Part shown: positions 28,446-39,806 of the stretch, one piece after another
How positions within the stretch are numbered: position 1 is the stretch's first letter
Layout of the letters: the number at the start of each line of letters is the position of its first letter
Origin: an uncultured Caulobacterales bacterium
Lineage (GTDB): Bacteria > Pseudomonadota > Alphaproteobacteria > Caulobacterales > Maricaulaceae
Direction: 5' to 3'
Assembly: GCA_938009235.1 (NCBI GenBank)
Contig: CALLIK010000004.1
Coordinates: forward strand, 365,725 to 429,724
Length of the DNA: 64,000 nucleotides
Made by a program: the position numbers and the translations under genes
The notes under the pieces: generated by a model
Databases searched by the model: none
What the model was told of the DNA's origin: nothing
Seen by the model: only the letters and a program-made list of their open reading frames with translations

Positions 28446-29953
28446 TACCCAACGCTACCCTCTAGGCTAATTGCGACAAGCTTCTGCGCTTCGACCGCGA
28501 ATTCCATTGGTAGGTTTTGTAGGACATCACGGCAGAACCCATTGACGAGCAACGCGACTGCGTCTTCTTCGGATAGTCCGCGTTGGCGGCAATAGAATAG
28601 TTGATCATCGGAGAGTTTCGATGTTGTCGCTTCATGCTCAAATTGTGCACTCGGCGTGTTGCTCTCAATGTACGGAACAGTATGCGCGCCGCATTGATCA
28701 CCGATTAGAAGCGAGTCACATTGCGTGAAATTCCGCGCGCCTGTCGCTTTCTTGTGTGCACTAACGAGGCCGCGATAGGTCGAGTTCGATTTACCCGCGC
28801 TGATGCCTTTAGAGATCACGCGTGATTTCGTGTTTTTACCCAAATGGATCATTTTTGTGCCTGTGTCGGCTTGCTGATGACCATTTGTGATCGCGATGGA
28901 GTAGAACTCACCTTGGGAGTTATCACCGCGCAGGATGCAACTTGGGTATTTCCACGTGACGGCAGACCCAGTTTCAACTTGTGTCCAACTCACCTTGGCG
29001 TTCACGCCGCGGCAATCCGCACGTTTCGTGACGAAGTTATAAACGCCGCCTTTGCCGTCTTTATCACCCGGCCACCAGTTTTGAACCGTTGAGTATTTCA
29101 CTTCGGCGTCGTCATGGACGATGATCTCAACAATAGCGGCATGAAGTTGGTTCTCGTCGCGCATCGGAGCCGTACAGCCCTCGAGGTAAGACACATAAGA
29201 GCCTTTGTCTGCGATGATCAGTGTCCGTTCAAACTGCCCTGTACCTTGGGCGTTCATGCGGAAATATGTCGATAACTCCATTGGGCAGCGCACACCCGGC
29301 GGGATGTAGACGAATGATCCGTCAGAGAAGACAGCATTGTTGAGCGTCGCGTAATAATTGTCCGTCACAGGTACAACGGAACCCATATATTTACGCACGA
29401 GTTCTGGATGCTCTTTAACGGCCTCAGAGAAGCTACAGAAGATCACGCCATGTTTGGCAAGTTCTGCCTTGAATGTTGTCACGACTGAAACCGAGTCGAA
29501 TACTGCATCAACGGCCACGCGCGGCGCACCTTTAACGCCAGCAAGAACTTCTTGCTCTTTCAATGAGATACCGAGCTTTTTGTAGATTTCAAGAATTTCA
29601 GGATCAACTTCGTCGAGCGAGTTGAGTTCCTTCTTCTTCACGGGAGACGCATAATAATACATGTCTTGGAAATCGATCTTTGGATAATCAACCATCGCCC
29701 ATTCAGGCTCTTCGAGCGTCAACCAACGCGCATAAGCCTCAAGACGCCAATCTAGAAGCCATTGCGGTTCGTCTTTCTTGGCTGAGATGAAACGAACGAT
29801 ATCCTCATTCAGGCCTTTCGGCGCGAACTCTTGTTCAATATCGGAGTCGAAGCCGTATTTGTACTTATCCGCTTCAAGCGAGCGTACGCCTTCGACGGTT
29901 TCGTCGTCGATACTGTCTTTGACATTGACCTGTTCATTCATAGTGATGCTCAT
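28445..29953 (-). CDS. sufB: Fe-S assembly protein SufB
   Basis: [36 protein letters not shown]. Confidence 0.97.
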   Translation of the reverse strand: MSITMNEQVNVKDSIDDETVEGVRSLEADKYKYGFDSDIEQEFAPKGLNEDIVRFISAKKDEPQWLLDWRLEAYARWLTLEEPEWAMVDYPKIDFQDMYYYASPVKKKELNSLDEVDPEILEIYKKLGISLKEQEVLAGVKGAPRVAVDAVFDSVSVVTTFKAELAKHGVIFCSFSEAVKEHPELVRKYMGSVVPVTDNYYATLNNAVFSDGSFVYIPPGVRCPMELSTYFRMNAQGTGQFERTLIIADKGSYVSYLEGCTAPMRDENQLHAAIVEIIVHDDAEVKYSTVQNWWPGDKDGKGGVYNFVTKRADCRGVNAKVSWTQVETGSAVTWKYPSCILRGDNSQGEFYSIAITNGHQQADTGTKMIHLGKNTKSRVISKGISAGKSNSTYRGLVSAHKKATGARNFTQCDSLLIGDQCGAHTVPYIESNTPSAQFEHEATTSKLSDDQLFYCRQRGLSEEDAVALLVNGFCRDVLQNLPMEFAVEAQKLVAISLEGSVG

Positions 29954-29956
29954 GTT

Positions 29957-31102
29957 CTAAACTTGCTTCATGCGAAGCGGAGCTGTTGTTTCGGCAACAG
30001 CAGACTTATTACGTATGCGCGACCATACATGGAGGAATTTTTCTGCATCTTCCGCAGTATGTTTGTGACCGAAGCTGACACGAATGGCGCCCTTTGGTGC
30101 TTTATCAGCCAAACCCATAGCGGTTATCGCGCGGCTTGCGCCGACTTTGCCCGATGAGCATGCTGTGCCTGTGCTGACCGAAACACCATTTAAATCCAGC
30201 GACATCATCAATGTCATAGAACTCGCGTCTGGTACGGCGAAAAAGGACGTATTTGGTAAGCGTTCAGCCGCCTCACCGAAAATCGTAAGCTCTGGCTCAA
30301 GCTCTTTAAGTCCCGCTTCGAGATGATCTCGCGCGTCAGACGTTAAGGCTTCAAGATTGATATGACTCATTGCGGCCCCAAACCCTGATATACCAAGAGC
30401 ATTTAGAGTGCCTGCGCGGCGATTACGTTCTTGCCCGCCGCCTTGAATAAGCGATGTGAAGGGTGCGTCTGCAGACACATAGAGCGCGCCAACACCTTGC
30501 GGCCCGCCCACTTTATGAGCTGACACGACCAGATAGTCTGGCTGTGCAACCATAGGAATTTTCCCGAAGGCTTGGACCGCGTCCACTAAAATCAATCCGC
30601 CAGCTGCATGGGTTAGCTCAACCGCAGTCTCTATGTCTTGGATGACGCCCGTCTCGCTATTGGCGGCCACGAGTGACACAAATGGACGACCTTGAGCTCT
30701 ATCCCATGTTTCTAAACGTGACTTCAGCCAACCTAAATCAGTGCGACCATGGGAGTCAGCAGGGATGAACTCGACTGTTTCACCAAATGTTTCCGCAGCC
30801 TTAATCGTAGCAGGATGATCCATGGCAGATATCAAAAGGGTTCGACATCCCGCTTGAACCGCAGAATAGATCGCCATGTTATCAGCTTCAGTACCGCTAC
30901 CCGTGAAGATCAAATCTTGCGAGCAGACACACATTTCTAAGGCCACGGCTTCTCTGGCGCGTTCGATCACGCCGCGCATGGCTTGACCGTCGCGGTGAAG
31001 CGCAGAGGCATTACCGCCCATTGCGATACATGCCCCAATGGCCACCTGAACATTCGGACGAATTGGCGAAGACGCATTATGATCGAGATACAAACGGGTC
31101 AT
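29957..31102 (-). CDS. Group I (IscS/NifS-type) cysteine desulfurase
   Basis: YLDHNAS, SAHKVGGP, TGTACSSG. Confidence 0.9.
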   Translation of the reverse strand: MTRLYLDHNASSPIRPNVQVAIGACIAMGGNASALHRDGQAMRGVIERAREAVALEMCVCSQDLIFTGSGTEADNMAIYSAVQAGCRTLLISAMDHPATIKAAETFGETVEFIPADSHGRTDLGWLKSRLETWDRAQGRPFVSLVAANSETGVIQDIETAVELTHAAGGLILVDAVQAFGKIPMVAQPDYLVVSAHKVGGPQGVGALYVSADAPFTSLIQGGGQERNRRAGTLNALGISGFGAAMSHINLEALTSDARDHLEAGLKELEPELTIFGEAAERLPNTSFFAVPDASSMTLMMSLDLNGVSVSTGTACSSGKVGASRAITAMGLADKAPKGAIRVSFGHKHTAEDAEKFLHVWSRIRNKSAVAETTAPLRMKQV

Positions 31103-31533
31103 TCCGCTGCCTCAGTCATTGGTAATCGCCCATCAACAACGTCTTGCACACTGATCGACATCAGAAAGTCTTCGATATGGTTTTCCAACGCGCCCCACAG
31201 GTCATGCGTGAGACATCTGTCAGAACGGCCTGTGCAGGTAATTTTGGTTTCAGGACTACACCCGTGCGCCTTTGGCGCCGCATCAACCGCGTGTATAATT
31301 CCATCAAGCGAGATTTGCGAGGCAGGTTTAGACAATTTGTATCCGCCCTGTGCGCCGCGAACTGATTCCACGATACCTGCGCGTCTCAGTTTCCCGAAGA
31401 GTTGCTCCAGAAAAGTCACTGAAATCGCCTGACGCGACCCTATAGATGTGAGTGACTCGCACGCGTTTTCACCCTGTGCAGCCAAATCAGCCACAGCCAT
31501 AACAGCATAACGTCCCTTTGCGGTCAGTTTCAC
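31099..31533 (-). CDS. iscR: Rrf2-family regulator IscR
   Basis: MKLTAKGRYAV, LEQLFGKLRR, SVRGAQGGY, three Cys plus His (C..C..CLTH). Confidence 0.88.
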   Translation of the reverse strand: MKLTAKGRYAVMAVADLAAQGENACESLTSIGSRQAISVTFLEQLFGKLRRAGIVESVRGAQGGYKLSKPASQISLDGIIHAVDAAPKAHGCSPETKITCTGRSDRCLTHDLWGALENHIEDFLMSISVQDVVDGRLPMTEAAE

Positions 31534-31642
31534 GGTAGGTGTTCAACTCCAAATCGGCACTAAAGTGCAGGTTTTGTTGGCTTTTTGTTTATACCCTTGA
31601 TAGAGGCGCGCACGAAATCCAACTCATCAAGCGGGACCTATG

Positions 31643-31667
31643 TATCCCGACTGATTTAGTCAAGATT
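31643..31667. promoter_or_regulatory. IscR type-1 operator
   Basis: TATCCCGACTGATTTAGTCAAGATT fits the core syyGACTrwwwyAGTCrrs of the IscR type-1 motif; upstream of iscR. Confidence 0.75.
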
Positions 31668-31720
31668 GAATTACCGCAAATTTGCGTGACAATCTAGACC
31701 CATATTAAAAGGCTGCTCTT

Positions 31721-32401
31721 ATGCCAGAAGTCATTTTTAACGGCCCTGAAGGTCGTCTTGAAGGCCGTTATCACCCGTCTGATGACCCGCAAGCGCCATG
31801 TGCGCTCATCCTTCCACCTCATCCAAAGGCTGGCGGACATATGGATCACCGCATCCCTGTTGCGATGTATGAGCAATATAAGCGCCGTGGATTCTCTGTT
31901 CTACGTTTTAACTTCCGCGGCGTTGGCCGTTCCATTGGCGTTTACGACAATGGCCAAGGCGAGCTTCAAGATGCGGCTTACGCACTTGATTACATGCAGA
32001 GCTTCAACCAAAACGCACCCTTTAGCTGGGTTTCTGGCTACAGCTTTGGCGCTTGGATTGGGATGCAGTTGTTGATGCGTCGCCCTGAAATCGCTGGCTT
32101 CATTTCCATGAGCCTTCCGACCAACACATATGATTTCGCATTCTTAGCCCCATGCCCAGCCTCTGGCCTCGTGACATATGGTAGTGAAGACCCAATCGTC
32201 CCTGCGGATGACGTCGATCGTGTTGTGTCTAAAATTCGCGTCCAAAAAGGTCATGAGATCGATACGGTTCGTATTGAAGGCGCAGATCACTTCTACACCA
32301 ATCACCTCGAGCCAGCTATGGAAGTAATCGAAGACTATCTCGACGATACACTCGACCCACGCTACTCGCCGCCGCGCGAACCAAAACTCATCGAAGGCTA
32401 A
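31721..32401 (+). CDS. Alpha/beta hydrolase divergent from iscR
   Basis: MPEVIFNGPEGRLEGRY, FNFRGVG, GYSFG, GADHF. Confidence 0.9.
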   Translation: MPEVIFNGPEGRLEGRYHPSDDPQAPCALILPPHPKAGGHMDHRIPVAMYEQYKRRGFSVLRFNFRGVGRSIGVYDNGQGELQDAAYALDYMQSFNQNAPFSWVSGYSFGAWIGMQLLMRRPEIAGFISMSLPTNTYDFAFLAPCPASGLVTYGSEDPIVPADDVDRVVSKIRVQKGHEIDTVRIEGADHFYTNHLEPAMEVIEDYLDDTLDPRYSPPREPKLIEG

Positions 32402-33495
32402 TCCTTCGGATAAGCAATACGCCCGCCCGTCATTGGGGCGGGTACGCCAGTTGTTTTCGGGAAACTGATTGGCAGCCCTTTTAGAGTACGAACGGCGAGG
32501 TAGGCGAAAGCCTGAGCCTCCAACATATCCCCATTCCAACCGAAGGCTTCAGCGCAGACGACTTGCGCATCCGTGTGCAATTCCAACATTGCCATGATGG
32601 TTGGATTTCTTCGGCCTCCCCCACAAACGACTACACGTTCTACACTGGCAAGCCCAAGGTCACGAGCAATAGACTGCGCGCAAAAAGCTGCGAGTGTAGC
32701 GGCGCCGTCTTTCAGTGAAACCCCATCCAAATCTGCCAGAACATCAAAATCATATCGGTCCGCGCTGCGCGGGACAGGACGCGCGAAGAAATCTCGCTGA
32801 TGCCATTTTACAATCAACGCATGGTCCACCTCCCCCATCAATGACAGACAGCCATCCTTATCGAAATCACCAGCCCCATTGGCGGACACCCAGTTATCCA
32901 ACGGCCCATTACCCGGACCGCAATCCGTCGCCCACTGAAGAACACCATCCTCAATCAATGTTACATTCGACACTCCGCCAATATTCAAAACAGCGACTTT
33001 GCCTTCTAACTTCGAATAGCGACATAAGGCTTCATGATAAATCGGTGCAAGCGGTGCACCCTGCCCACCTGAGGCCACATCGTCAGACCTGAAATCATAG
33101 ACAACAGGTATGTTCAGTTGATCAGCCAGCACTTGTCCACGTCCCAGCTGAAGTGTTTGGCCTCGCGCTCCATCCAGTGGAGGGTGATGCAAAATTGTCT
33201 GCCCATGATATCCAACTACATCAGCAGATAAGGTATTAATCGCCTCGATATGGACGCGATCGACTAACGCTTCTGCGTCTACGAAGCTATTAGGTACAGC
33301 GCCAGCAAACCGCCATTCAAGCGCATCCTGCGTCGCGGCCTGCAATGCGGTCTTTTCATTCGCTGTAAAAGATCGTTCACGACTTTCACCAAACCCGAAT
33401 ATATCAACGCCATCGGTCTCTATGACAGCCGCATCCACGCCGTCTAGAGAGGTCCCGCTCATCAGGCCCAATGCAATGTATCTGTCTTTGTTCAT
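32398..33495 (-). CDS. anmK: Anhydro-N-acetylmuramic acid kinase
   Basis: GLMSGTSLDGVD, HGQT, GGQGAPL, NIGG, EAQAFAYLA. Confidence 0.93.
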   Translation of the reverse strand: MNKDRYIALGLMSGTSLDGVDAAVIETDGVDIFGFGESRERSFTANEKTALQAATQDALEWRFAGAVPNSFVDAEALVDRVHIEAINTLSADVVGYHGQTILHHPPLDGARGQTLQLGRGQVLADQLNIPVVYDFRSDDVASGGQGAPLAPIYHEALCRYSKLEGKVAVLNIGGVSNVTLIEDGVLQWATDCGPGNGPLDNWVSANGAGDFDKDGCLSLMGEVDHALIVKWHQRDFFARPVPRSADRYDFDVLADLDGVSLKDGAATLAAFCAQSIARDLGLASVERVVVCGGGRRNPTIMAMLELHTDAQVVCAEAFGWNGDMLEAQAFAYLAVRTLKGLPISFPKTTGVPAPMTGGRIAYPKD

Positions 33496-33541
33496 AGGAT
33501 AGGCTTTGACACGACTCTCATGCTCGTTAGAAGCCAAAATT

Positions 33542-34813
33542 ATGACCAATTACGCTTCTACATTTATGCAAACCCTCGTCGGCCGAGGATTTCTCTACCA
33601 ATGCACAGATGAAGCGGGTTTGGATAAGCTTGCGACGACAGAGGATTTGACCGGATACATCGGCTTTGATTGCACTGCGCCAAGCCTTCACGTTGGTTCC
33701 CTCGTTCAGATCATGATGCTACGTCACCTTCAACAGAGCGGCGGAACACCAATCGTTTTGCTCGGCGGGGGCACGACTAAAATTGGCGACCCATCTGGTA
33801 AGGACAAGTCTCGGCAAATGCTGACACAAGAAAAGATCGATTCCAACAAAGAAGGCATCCGCCGTGTATTCGCACAGTTCCTGTCTTTTGAAGGTAAAAA
33901 TGCCGCCATCATGGTCGACAATGACGATTGGTTGTCAAAATTAGGGTACTTAGAATTCCTTCGCTTGGTAGGCCCGCAATTTACCATCAACCGTATGGTC
34001 ACAATGGAAACAGTCAAACGCCGCCTCGAGAACGAGCAGCCTATGACCTTCCTTGAGTTCAACTACCCACTTCTTCAAAGCTATGACTTCGTTGAGCTCT
34101 TCCGTCGTCATGGATGTCGTCTTCAACTTGGCGGGTCAGACCAATGGGGTAATATAACAACAGGTGTAGACCTCACTCGTAGAATGGAAGGCGGTGAATG
34201 TTATGGCTTTACCACACCGCTGATCACCACGGCGTCTGGCGGAAAAATGGGCAAGACAGCAGATGGCGCCGTTTGGCTGAATGGCGATCCATCTTTTGGC
34301 GCAGACTTCACACGCAGTCCCTATGAGTACTGGCAGTTCTGGAGAAACACAGAAGATGCTGATGTAGGCAAGTTCTTGCGTCTCTTTACGGATAAGTCAG
34401 AGTCTGAAGTTGCGGGTTTAGAAGCCTTAGAAGGCGCTGACATTAACACAGCTAAGATTGCGCTTGCTAATGCCGCTACCACCCTCTTGCATGGACAAGA
34501 GGCAGCTAAAGCTGCCGAAGCCACTGCACAACAAACATTTGTTTCAGGTCAAACCGCGTCGGGTCTTCCTTCGGTAGATGTCACCTTAGCGGAGATAGAC
34601 GGAATGGGCATTTTGGTGGCGGCAACGATGGTTAGTCTTGCAGGCTCAAATGGAGAAGCCCGCCGCCACATCAAGCAAGGCGCTTTAAAGCTTAATGATG
34701 TAAAAGTTGAAACACACGAGCTTACGCTCAAAGGGTCGGATATTGTAGATGGTGTGGTGAAGATATCCGTTGGGAAAAAGAAGCATGCCCTCCTCAAAGT
34801 AACGGACGCCTAA
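33542..34813 (+). CDS. tyrS: Tyrosine--tRNA ligase
   Basis: GFDCTAPSLHVG, GGSDQWGN, KMGKT, C-terminal S4 domain. Confidence 0.97.
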   Translation: MTNYASTFMQTLVGRGFLYQCTDEAGLDKLATTEDLTGYIGFDCTAPSLHVGSLVQIMMLRHLQQSGGTPIVLLGGGTTKIGDPSGKDKSRQMLTQEKIDSNKEGIRRVFAQFLSFEGKNAAIMVDNDDWLSKLGYLEFLRLVGPQFTINRMVTMETVKRRLENEQPMTFLEFNYPLLQSYDFVELFRRHGCRLQLGGSDQWGNITTGVDLTRRMEGGECYGFTTPLITTASGGKMGKTADGAVWLNGDPSFGADFTRSPYEYWQFWRNTEDADVGKFLRLFTDKSESEVAGLEALEGADINTAKIALANAATTLLHGQEAAKAAEATAQQTFVSGQTASGLPSVDVTLAEIDGMGILVAATMVSLAGSNGEARRHIKQGALKLNDVKVETHELTLKGSDIVDGVVKISVGKKKHALLKVTDA

Positions 34814-37800
34814 GGCTCTGGAACATCTTCAACTTGACGCTTAGGTGCGACCTCTTCAATTTTTTGCCTTAAATCCTCATCTACCTTTGATCGGTCTCGT
34901 TTGAAAATTCGACGTAAAAAGCCCGGTGTTAACGCTGATAGTGGATTCACGGCAATCTTAGTTTGTTCAAAAGGCCCACTCACTGTGTAGGTCAAAGCGA
35001 ATAATCCTCCGTCTTTTTCTTGTACAAAAATATCCCCTAAAATCGGGATGTCACCCAATATAGAATTGGCAGTATAAGAAGGTACGATTGTCCCATCAAA
35101 ATCTAGCACTCTTAATTTCAGGTCAATGTCTCCGTCACCCGTCATACCTAGGGCTGGTCCATAAAGGCGTGCATCACGAATCGCGATCTCATCGCCCAAT
35201 ATTGTGAACGGGATTTTGAAACGGTCAAACTGCATACTTCCTCCCGACAGAGTGTCGGCCAACCCAGTTAAGGATGCTAACGAGAGAAGTTGAGCCATAG
35301 CAGGCGCCTTTACCATCCGAAAATTACGCATTTGGGCTTCACCAACGAATGCACCTATTTCACCCGCAGGAGGGAGTACAGCTTTTAGGCGCAGCTCACC
35401 ACCAGATGTAGTCTCCAGCCCTAGAAAGGCAAAAATAGCGTCAGAAGCATTGGGAACAACGGCGTCCATTTGCCTAGTAAAGTCTGGCTTTGTGAGGATT
35501 TCTATATTCAAAGGCTTGCCATCAACCGAAGCTTCAAGGCGGGCACCTTCAACAACTACCCCCGTGTGGGAGAAGAACATCTCTGCATTAGTAACGATAT
35601 AATCTGGATCCAGAACAAGAGTTTCAATTGAACCCTGCAATTTAAGTGGAACATCAAGGGTGGTTTCTCTGTCTTCGAAAAGATCTTGAGTCCATGGGCT
35701 CACATTAAGTAAACGCCCTTTTAAATCCACATTTAACTGTCCACGAATACGGTCTGGGAGTATTTCTAACGTGCTATCGATAAGGCCTTCAATACGCAAT
35801 TCATCTAGATTGAGTAACTTGAGCCTATAGTCAGATTCAAGCTCAATACGGCCTTTAACTGAAACCCCTTCACTGGATAGGTCAGTTACATCAATGACGA
35901 AGCCATCATTGTTATCAATTTTCATGTCTCCAACTAACTGAGCGGGAACTCCTATTGGTTTCGACCAAATGCGTTCCAGAGACAGCGCGGTCTCAGTCAG
36001 GTCCACATCAAGAGTAGCCGTTGATACATCCACTCCACGTCCCTCTGCATCGATAGTAACTTCAGCCACGCCGTCAAACCATCCTCGGGACGCGACGCCA
36101 ATTCCATCTAGTTCTGCGGCAGTGATAGGGCCAGATATTCGATATTTGGCAAGTGGGGCATTGGCACCGAAGGTCTCCGACCACTTCATGTCTGCACGCC
36201 AAGGTCCTATATCGACAGGGCCAGACAAGAGCATTTGATTTCGATTTACGTCAAGTTTGAAATCACCATTATCGACATCGAATCGACCTAAGGCGAATGG
36301 AGCCTTTGCATTCTTAAAGTCACCGTTGATTTGGTAGGTTATACGCTCGGGCGGAAAATCCACCAACAACGGACGTGTCACACGCAGGTCAATATTTCCG
36401 CTACCTGCCATAAGTTGGGGGTCTATCCCGTAACGTGTTGCAATGTTTAGAGGTGCATTATCTGCAATCTTAATCAGGTCTACAATATCTCCAGTGCCTT
36501 TTGCTGTGACAATCAAGTCACCTCCACGTGGGATTAACTGCGGAATTTCAACATGGCCACCGAGCAAAGTTACCCCCTCAAGACGTCCACCATTCCAATC
36601 CAACCCCAACATATTTCCACTAATGAAGCCTTCACCGCTCACATCAGTTGCGTCTGGCATCGTGGAAACGTAATTCACGCGTACATCTCTGCCGCCAAAA
36701 CGTACCTTCAGACGATCTGCTGTAAGACGGCGGTCCTTAAAGAAAGCTTCATCAAAACTCACATCGGTTTCAAACTTATCAATATTCCCATCTAATATAG
36801 ATCGCTCAAGCCAATTACGGGCACCGACTATGAGATCAACAGGCCAAAGCGTGATGAAATCTTGAGGGTGTATTGAACCAAACGACATGCGGGTTTTTAG
36901 CTGTAGGTCTTTCACGCTATTATCATCATACAACGCCATCTGCCCGCTGAATTGATGAACGGTATCGAAAAATGTCACCTCGCCCTTACGAATATTGAGT
37001 ACGCGGCTATCGACATCTGCCTGACCACGAAGGTTCAAGCGGTCCAATTTGAATGGTTTTATAAAAGTTGGCGTTATATCAAATTCTACGTCCCCAAAGG
37101 CTAAGTCAAAAACAGGTGAACTATTGTCATCACCGTCACTCAAATTCCCAAGTTCAGTCAAAAACCCCGAACTTTTGAAAGAGAGTTTAGGTGACCTGAG
37201 CTGCAAATTCTCAATTTTCATGCGCTCTGCGCCAGGGTCCAACGTACCGACTGCCTTTAACTCATTGATTATATGCACAGATGCGGGGATGTTCTTGAAA
37301 TTTGTAAATTGTCCATCAGCAACGCCCAAATCGACATAAGCGGATTGAAGGCCTTCAGATTTAGAAAAATCGATATTAGCACTAAGGTTCACGGGGGCAG
37401 CAAGACCCCGAAGGGCAGAAAACCGTCCCTTAACAGGCCCAATTTGATCAAGGCGTGCACCTTTAATATCTGTCTTTAATTTCAATTCACTAAGATCTGT
37501 TTGCGCGATTGTTTCTAAAGTAAACGGTGCAGACTCCTTAAACTGCTTCACGCCTCCATTCGCAGATAAGGTAAAGACGCCATTGCCGGAAAAAGAAGCT
37601 CGTAATAAATCAATATCCGTTAAAAGATTTATTCCAGATACATTATTTACATAATGGACCTTAGCATTTTCGATTTGAATGAGTTCAAAGTCCTGTAACG
37701 GAATTTTAGTGTCAATTTTGGCAGCTACATTGCTACGATATACAGGTCCAACTCGACCAACAGCATCAGGAGGACCAAGACCAATGGTAATGATACCCTC

Positions 37801-38187
37801 TTCGTCCTCAATATAGCTTATAACTCCGCCTTTAACTTGGGCACTTACAACACTTGGGTTAAAAACATCACCTTTCTTGATGGCAAAAGTTGTCGTAATT
37901 AAATCGAACGACTCCAATATTTCATCATTCTCATTTAAAATCGAAGCCTTTTCCAAGGTCATGACGATATGATTGTCAACGGGGAGCCAAGCTAAGTCTA
38001 AACGTTCAAATTCAGCACCTTTTCCATCAAAGGCATCCGCAAACCAAATTTTTATATTTGGCCGCAGTACTGTCAGCTCTGTTGATTGACGACCTAAAAC
38101 TGACGAGGCAGTCCAAGCTAATATAATGCCCAAACCCAATAACACCGCAGTTAGCTCACCCAATAGGCGGTACATGCGGTAAATCAT
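34810..38187 (-). CDS. YhdP/AsmA-like envelope protein (DUF3971-type)
   Basis: About 1100 aa with an N-terminal TM and C-terminal GTIVPSY...VNPLSALTPGFLR; start uncertain (ORF open to 38322). Confidence 0.8.
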   Translation of the reverse strand: MIYRMYRLLGELTAVLLGLGIILAWTASSVLGRQSTELTVLRPNIKIWFADAFDGKGAEFERLDLAWLPVDNHIVMTLEKASILNENDEILESFDLITTTFAIKKGDVFNPSVVSAQVKGGVISYIEDEEGIITIGLGPPDAVGRVGPVYRSNVAAKIDTKIPLQDFELIQIENAKVHYVNNVSGINLLTDIDLLRASFSGNGVFTLSANGGVKQFKESAPFTLETIAQTDLSELKLKTDIKGARLDQIGPVKGRFSALRGLAAPVNLSANIDFSKSEGLQSAYVDLGVADGQFTNFKNIPASVHIINELKAVGTLDPGAERMKIENLQLRSPKLSFKSSGFLTELGNLSDGDDNSSPVFDLAFGDVEFDITPTFIKPFKLDRLNLRGQADVDSRVLNIRKGEVTFFDTVHQFSGQMALYDDNSVKDLQLKTRMSFGSIHPQDFITLWPVDLIVGARNWLERSILDGNIDKFETDVSFDEAFFKDRRLTADRLKVRFGGRDVRVNYVSTMPDATDVSGEGFISGNMLGLDWNGGRLEGVTLLGGHVEIPQLIPRGGDLIVTAKGTGDIVDLIKIADNAPLNIATRYGIDPQLMAGSGNIDLRVTRPLLVDFPPERITYQINGDFKNAKAPFALGRFDVDNGDFKLDVNRNQMLLSGPVDIGPWRADMKWSETFGANAPLAKYRISGPITAAELDGIGVASRGWFDGVAEVTIDAEGRGVDVSTATLDVDLTETALSLERIWSKPIGVPAQLVGDMKIDNNDGFVIDVTDLSSEGVSVKGRIELESDYRLKLLNLDELRIEGLIDSTLEILPDRIRGQLNVDLKGRLLNVSPWTQDLFEDRETTLDVPLKLQGSIETLVLDPDYIVTNAEMFFSHTGVVVEGARLEASVDGKPLNIEILTKPDFTRQMDAVVPNASDAIFAFLGLETTSGGELRLKAVLPPAGEIGAFVGEAQMRNFRMVKAPAMAQLLSLASLTGLADTLSGGSMQFDRFKIPFTILGDEIAIRDARLYGPALGMTGDGDIDLKLRVLDFDGTIVPSYTANSILGDIPILGDIFVQEKDGGLFALTYTVSGPFEQTKIAVNPLSALTPGFLRRIFKRDRSKVDEDLRQKIEEVAPKRQVEDVPEP

Positions 38188-38374
38188 TGCAGAAATAACT
38201 AGTCTTGCCTGTGTTCCACCCTTTGAATACCAAACATCACGCAAGCCTTTTGACTGCAGCGTAGTTATCTCGTGGGAAGTGTTTTTTGAAGAACTCATAA
38301 TCTTCCCATCAAGTATAGGCATGCTGCGTATAAATCCATAAGAAGCTCATTAACTTCCAGAGAGACTTAAGCAT

Positions 38375-38863
38375 ATGCCTGTAAATTTAACGCACTTAGA
38401 AGCCGGTAACACGGGCCCTGATTTCTCGATTCCAACAAGCGGTATAGAGAAAACGGTTAAACTTGGAGATTACCGTGGACGGTACCTGATTTTATATTTC
38501 TATCCGAAAGATGCGACGCCCGGCTGCACAACAGAAGCCATAGAATTTACAGCACAGAAGCAAGCCTTTGAAGCTCTAGATGCAGACATACTTGGCGTGT
38601 CTCGTGATACAGTTGAAAAACACAACAAGTTCATTGCCAAACAAGAACTAGGTATCCTTTTGGGAGCCGACATAGACGGCAAAGTCACAGAAGACTATGG
38701 CGTATGGGTTAAGAAAAACATGTATGGAAAGACTTACATGGGAATTCAGCGCGCAACGTTCCTAATTGGGCCTGACGGAAACATCGTAAAAGTCTGGCCA
38801 AAGGTCAGAGTTAAAGGACATGTTGATGATGTCCTACAGTCACTGCGTGATCACAAGGCGTAA
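38375..38863 (+). CDS. bcp: Peroxiredoxin Bcp
   Basis: YFYPKDATPGCTTEA, KKNMYGK, RATFLI. Confidence 0.93.
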   Translation: MPVNLTHLEAGNTGPDFSIPTSGIEKTVKLGDYRGRYLILYFYPKDATPGCTTEAIEFTAQKQAFEALDADILGVSRDTVEKHNKFIAKQELGILLGADIDGKVTEDYGVWVKKNMYGKTYMGIQRATFLIGPDGNIVKVWPKVRVKGHVDDVLQSLRDHKA

Positions 38864-38864
38864 A

Positions 38865-39671
38865 ATGAGTGCCTTGCAATCGGCTCGAAACGTCCTCTTA
38901 ACACGCGACCCAAGGGCAAAAGCGGCCTGCGCAAGACAGATGCAGACCGATTGGTTGAAGACACACGACATCGGTGAGTGTGAAGGTGCCTTACCCAGTC
39001 AACCTGCTCGTCCTGATAAACCAAGCCTAGTCTCCCCCATGGACGTCCCTAGACGCCGTCTTGGATCACCAGCAGGTCGAGCCACTCTTTTACATGCTGT
39101 CGCGCATATTGAGCTTAACGCCATTGACCTTGCCGCAGATATGATCGCTCGTTTTACGCTGCACCCTATGGTTCATGCCTCAGATCGTGACGCCTTCGTG
39201 TCCGACTGGTCAAAGGTTTGCGATGATGAGGCGCGTCACTTTCTGATGTTAGCAGATAGGCTAGAGCAGTTAGGCGTGTCATACGGAGACCATCTTGCCC
39301 ACAATGGACTTTGGGAAGCCGCACAGTCTACGTGTGACAACTTTCCGGCACGTGTAGCCATTGCGCCACTTGTTCTTGAGGCGCGAGGATTGGATGTAAC
39401 ACCAAATATGATAAAACGCTTAATCAGCGCTGGCGACGCCAAAAGCGCGGATATTCTAAAAATCATTTATGAAGAAGAGATAAGCCACGTTGGGATAGGA
39501 GCACATTGGTTCAAATATTTGGCTGCTCATCAAGACAAAAGCCCCGAATCTTATTTCCACGACCTCGTCCGAACTCACTTCAAAGGACAGATAAAGTCCC
39601 CATTTAATGAGAGCGCCCGCACCTTAGCAGGGCTTTCAAAGCTCTATTATGAGCCACTTGTGACGAATTAA
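38865..39671 (+). CDS. Ferritin-like DUF455 protein
   Basis: LHAVAHIELNAIDL, DEARHF, LEARGLD, EEISHV. Confidence 0.88.
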   Translation: MSALQSARNVLLTRDPRAKAACARQMQTDWLKTHDIGECEGALPSQPARPDKPSLVSPMDVPRRRLGSPAGRATLLHAVAHIELNAIDLAADMIARFTLHPMVHASDRDAFVSDWSKVCDDEARHFLMLADRLEQLGVSYGDHLAHNGLWEAAQSTCDNFPARVAIAPLVLEARGLDVTPNMIKRLISAGDAKSADILKIIYEEEISHVGIGAHWFKYLAAHQDKSPESYFHDLVRTHFKGQIKSPFNESARTLAGLSKLYYEPLVTN

Positions 39672-39709
39672 CCCTATTTTATGTAAAAAACAGGTTCGCA
39701 ATAAAGAAA

Positions 39710-39725
39710 TTAAGTCTAAATTAAC
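39710..39725 (+). promoter_or_regulatory. CtrA box
   Basis: Perfect TTAA GTCTAAA TTAAC upstream of the M23 peptidase-bactofilin pair; extra TTAACC at 39668-39673. Confidence 0.7.
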
Positions 39726-39806
39726 CGTAAACTCCCTCAAACGCACTTGCACACTGTTGTGAGGCTGTCATTAATGGGCCTAAGGCATGATAAAAACCGG
39801 GGAACT

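Noticed and set aside
31554..31570. CGGCACTAAAGTGC upstream of iscR as a sigma54 promoter
   Set aside because: GG-to-GC spacing is 9 rather than 10; just a short palindrome
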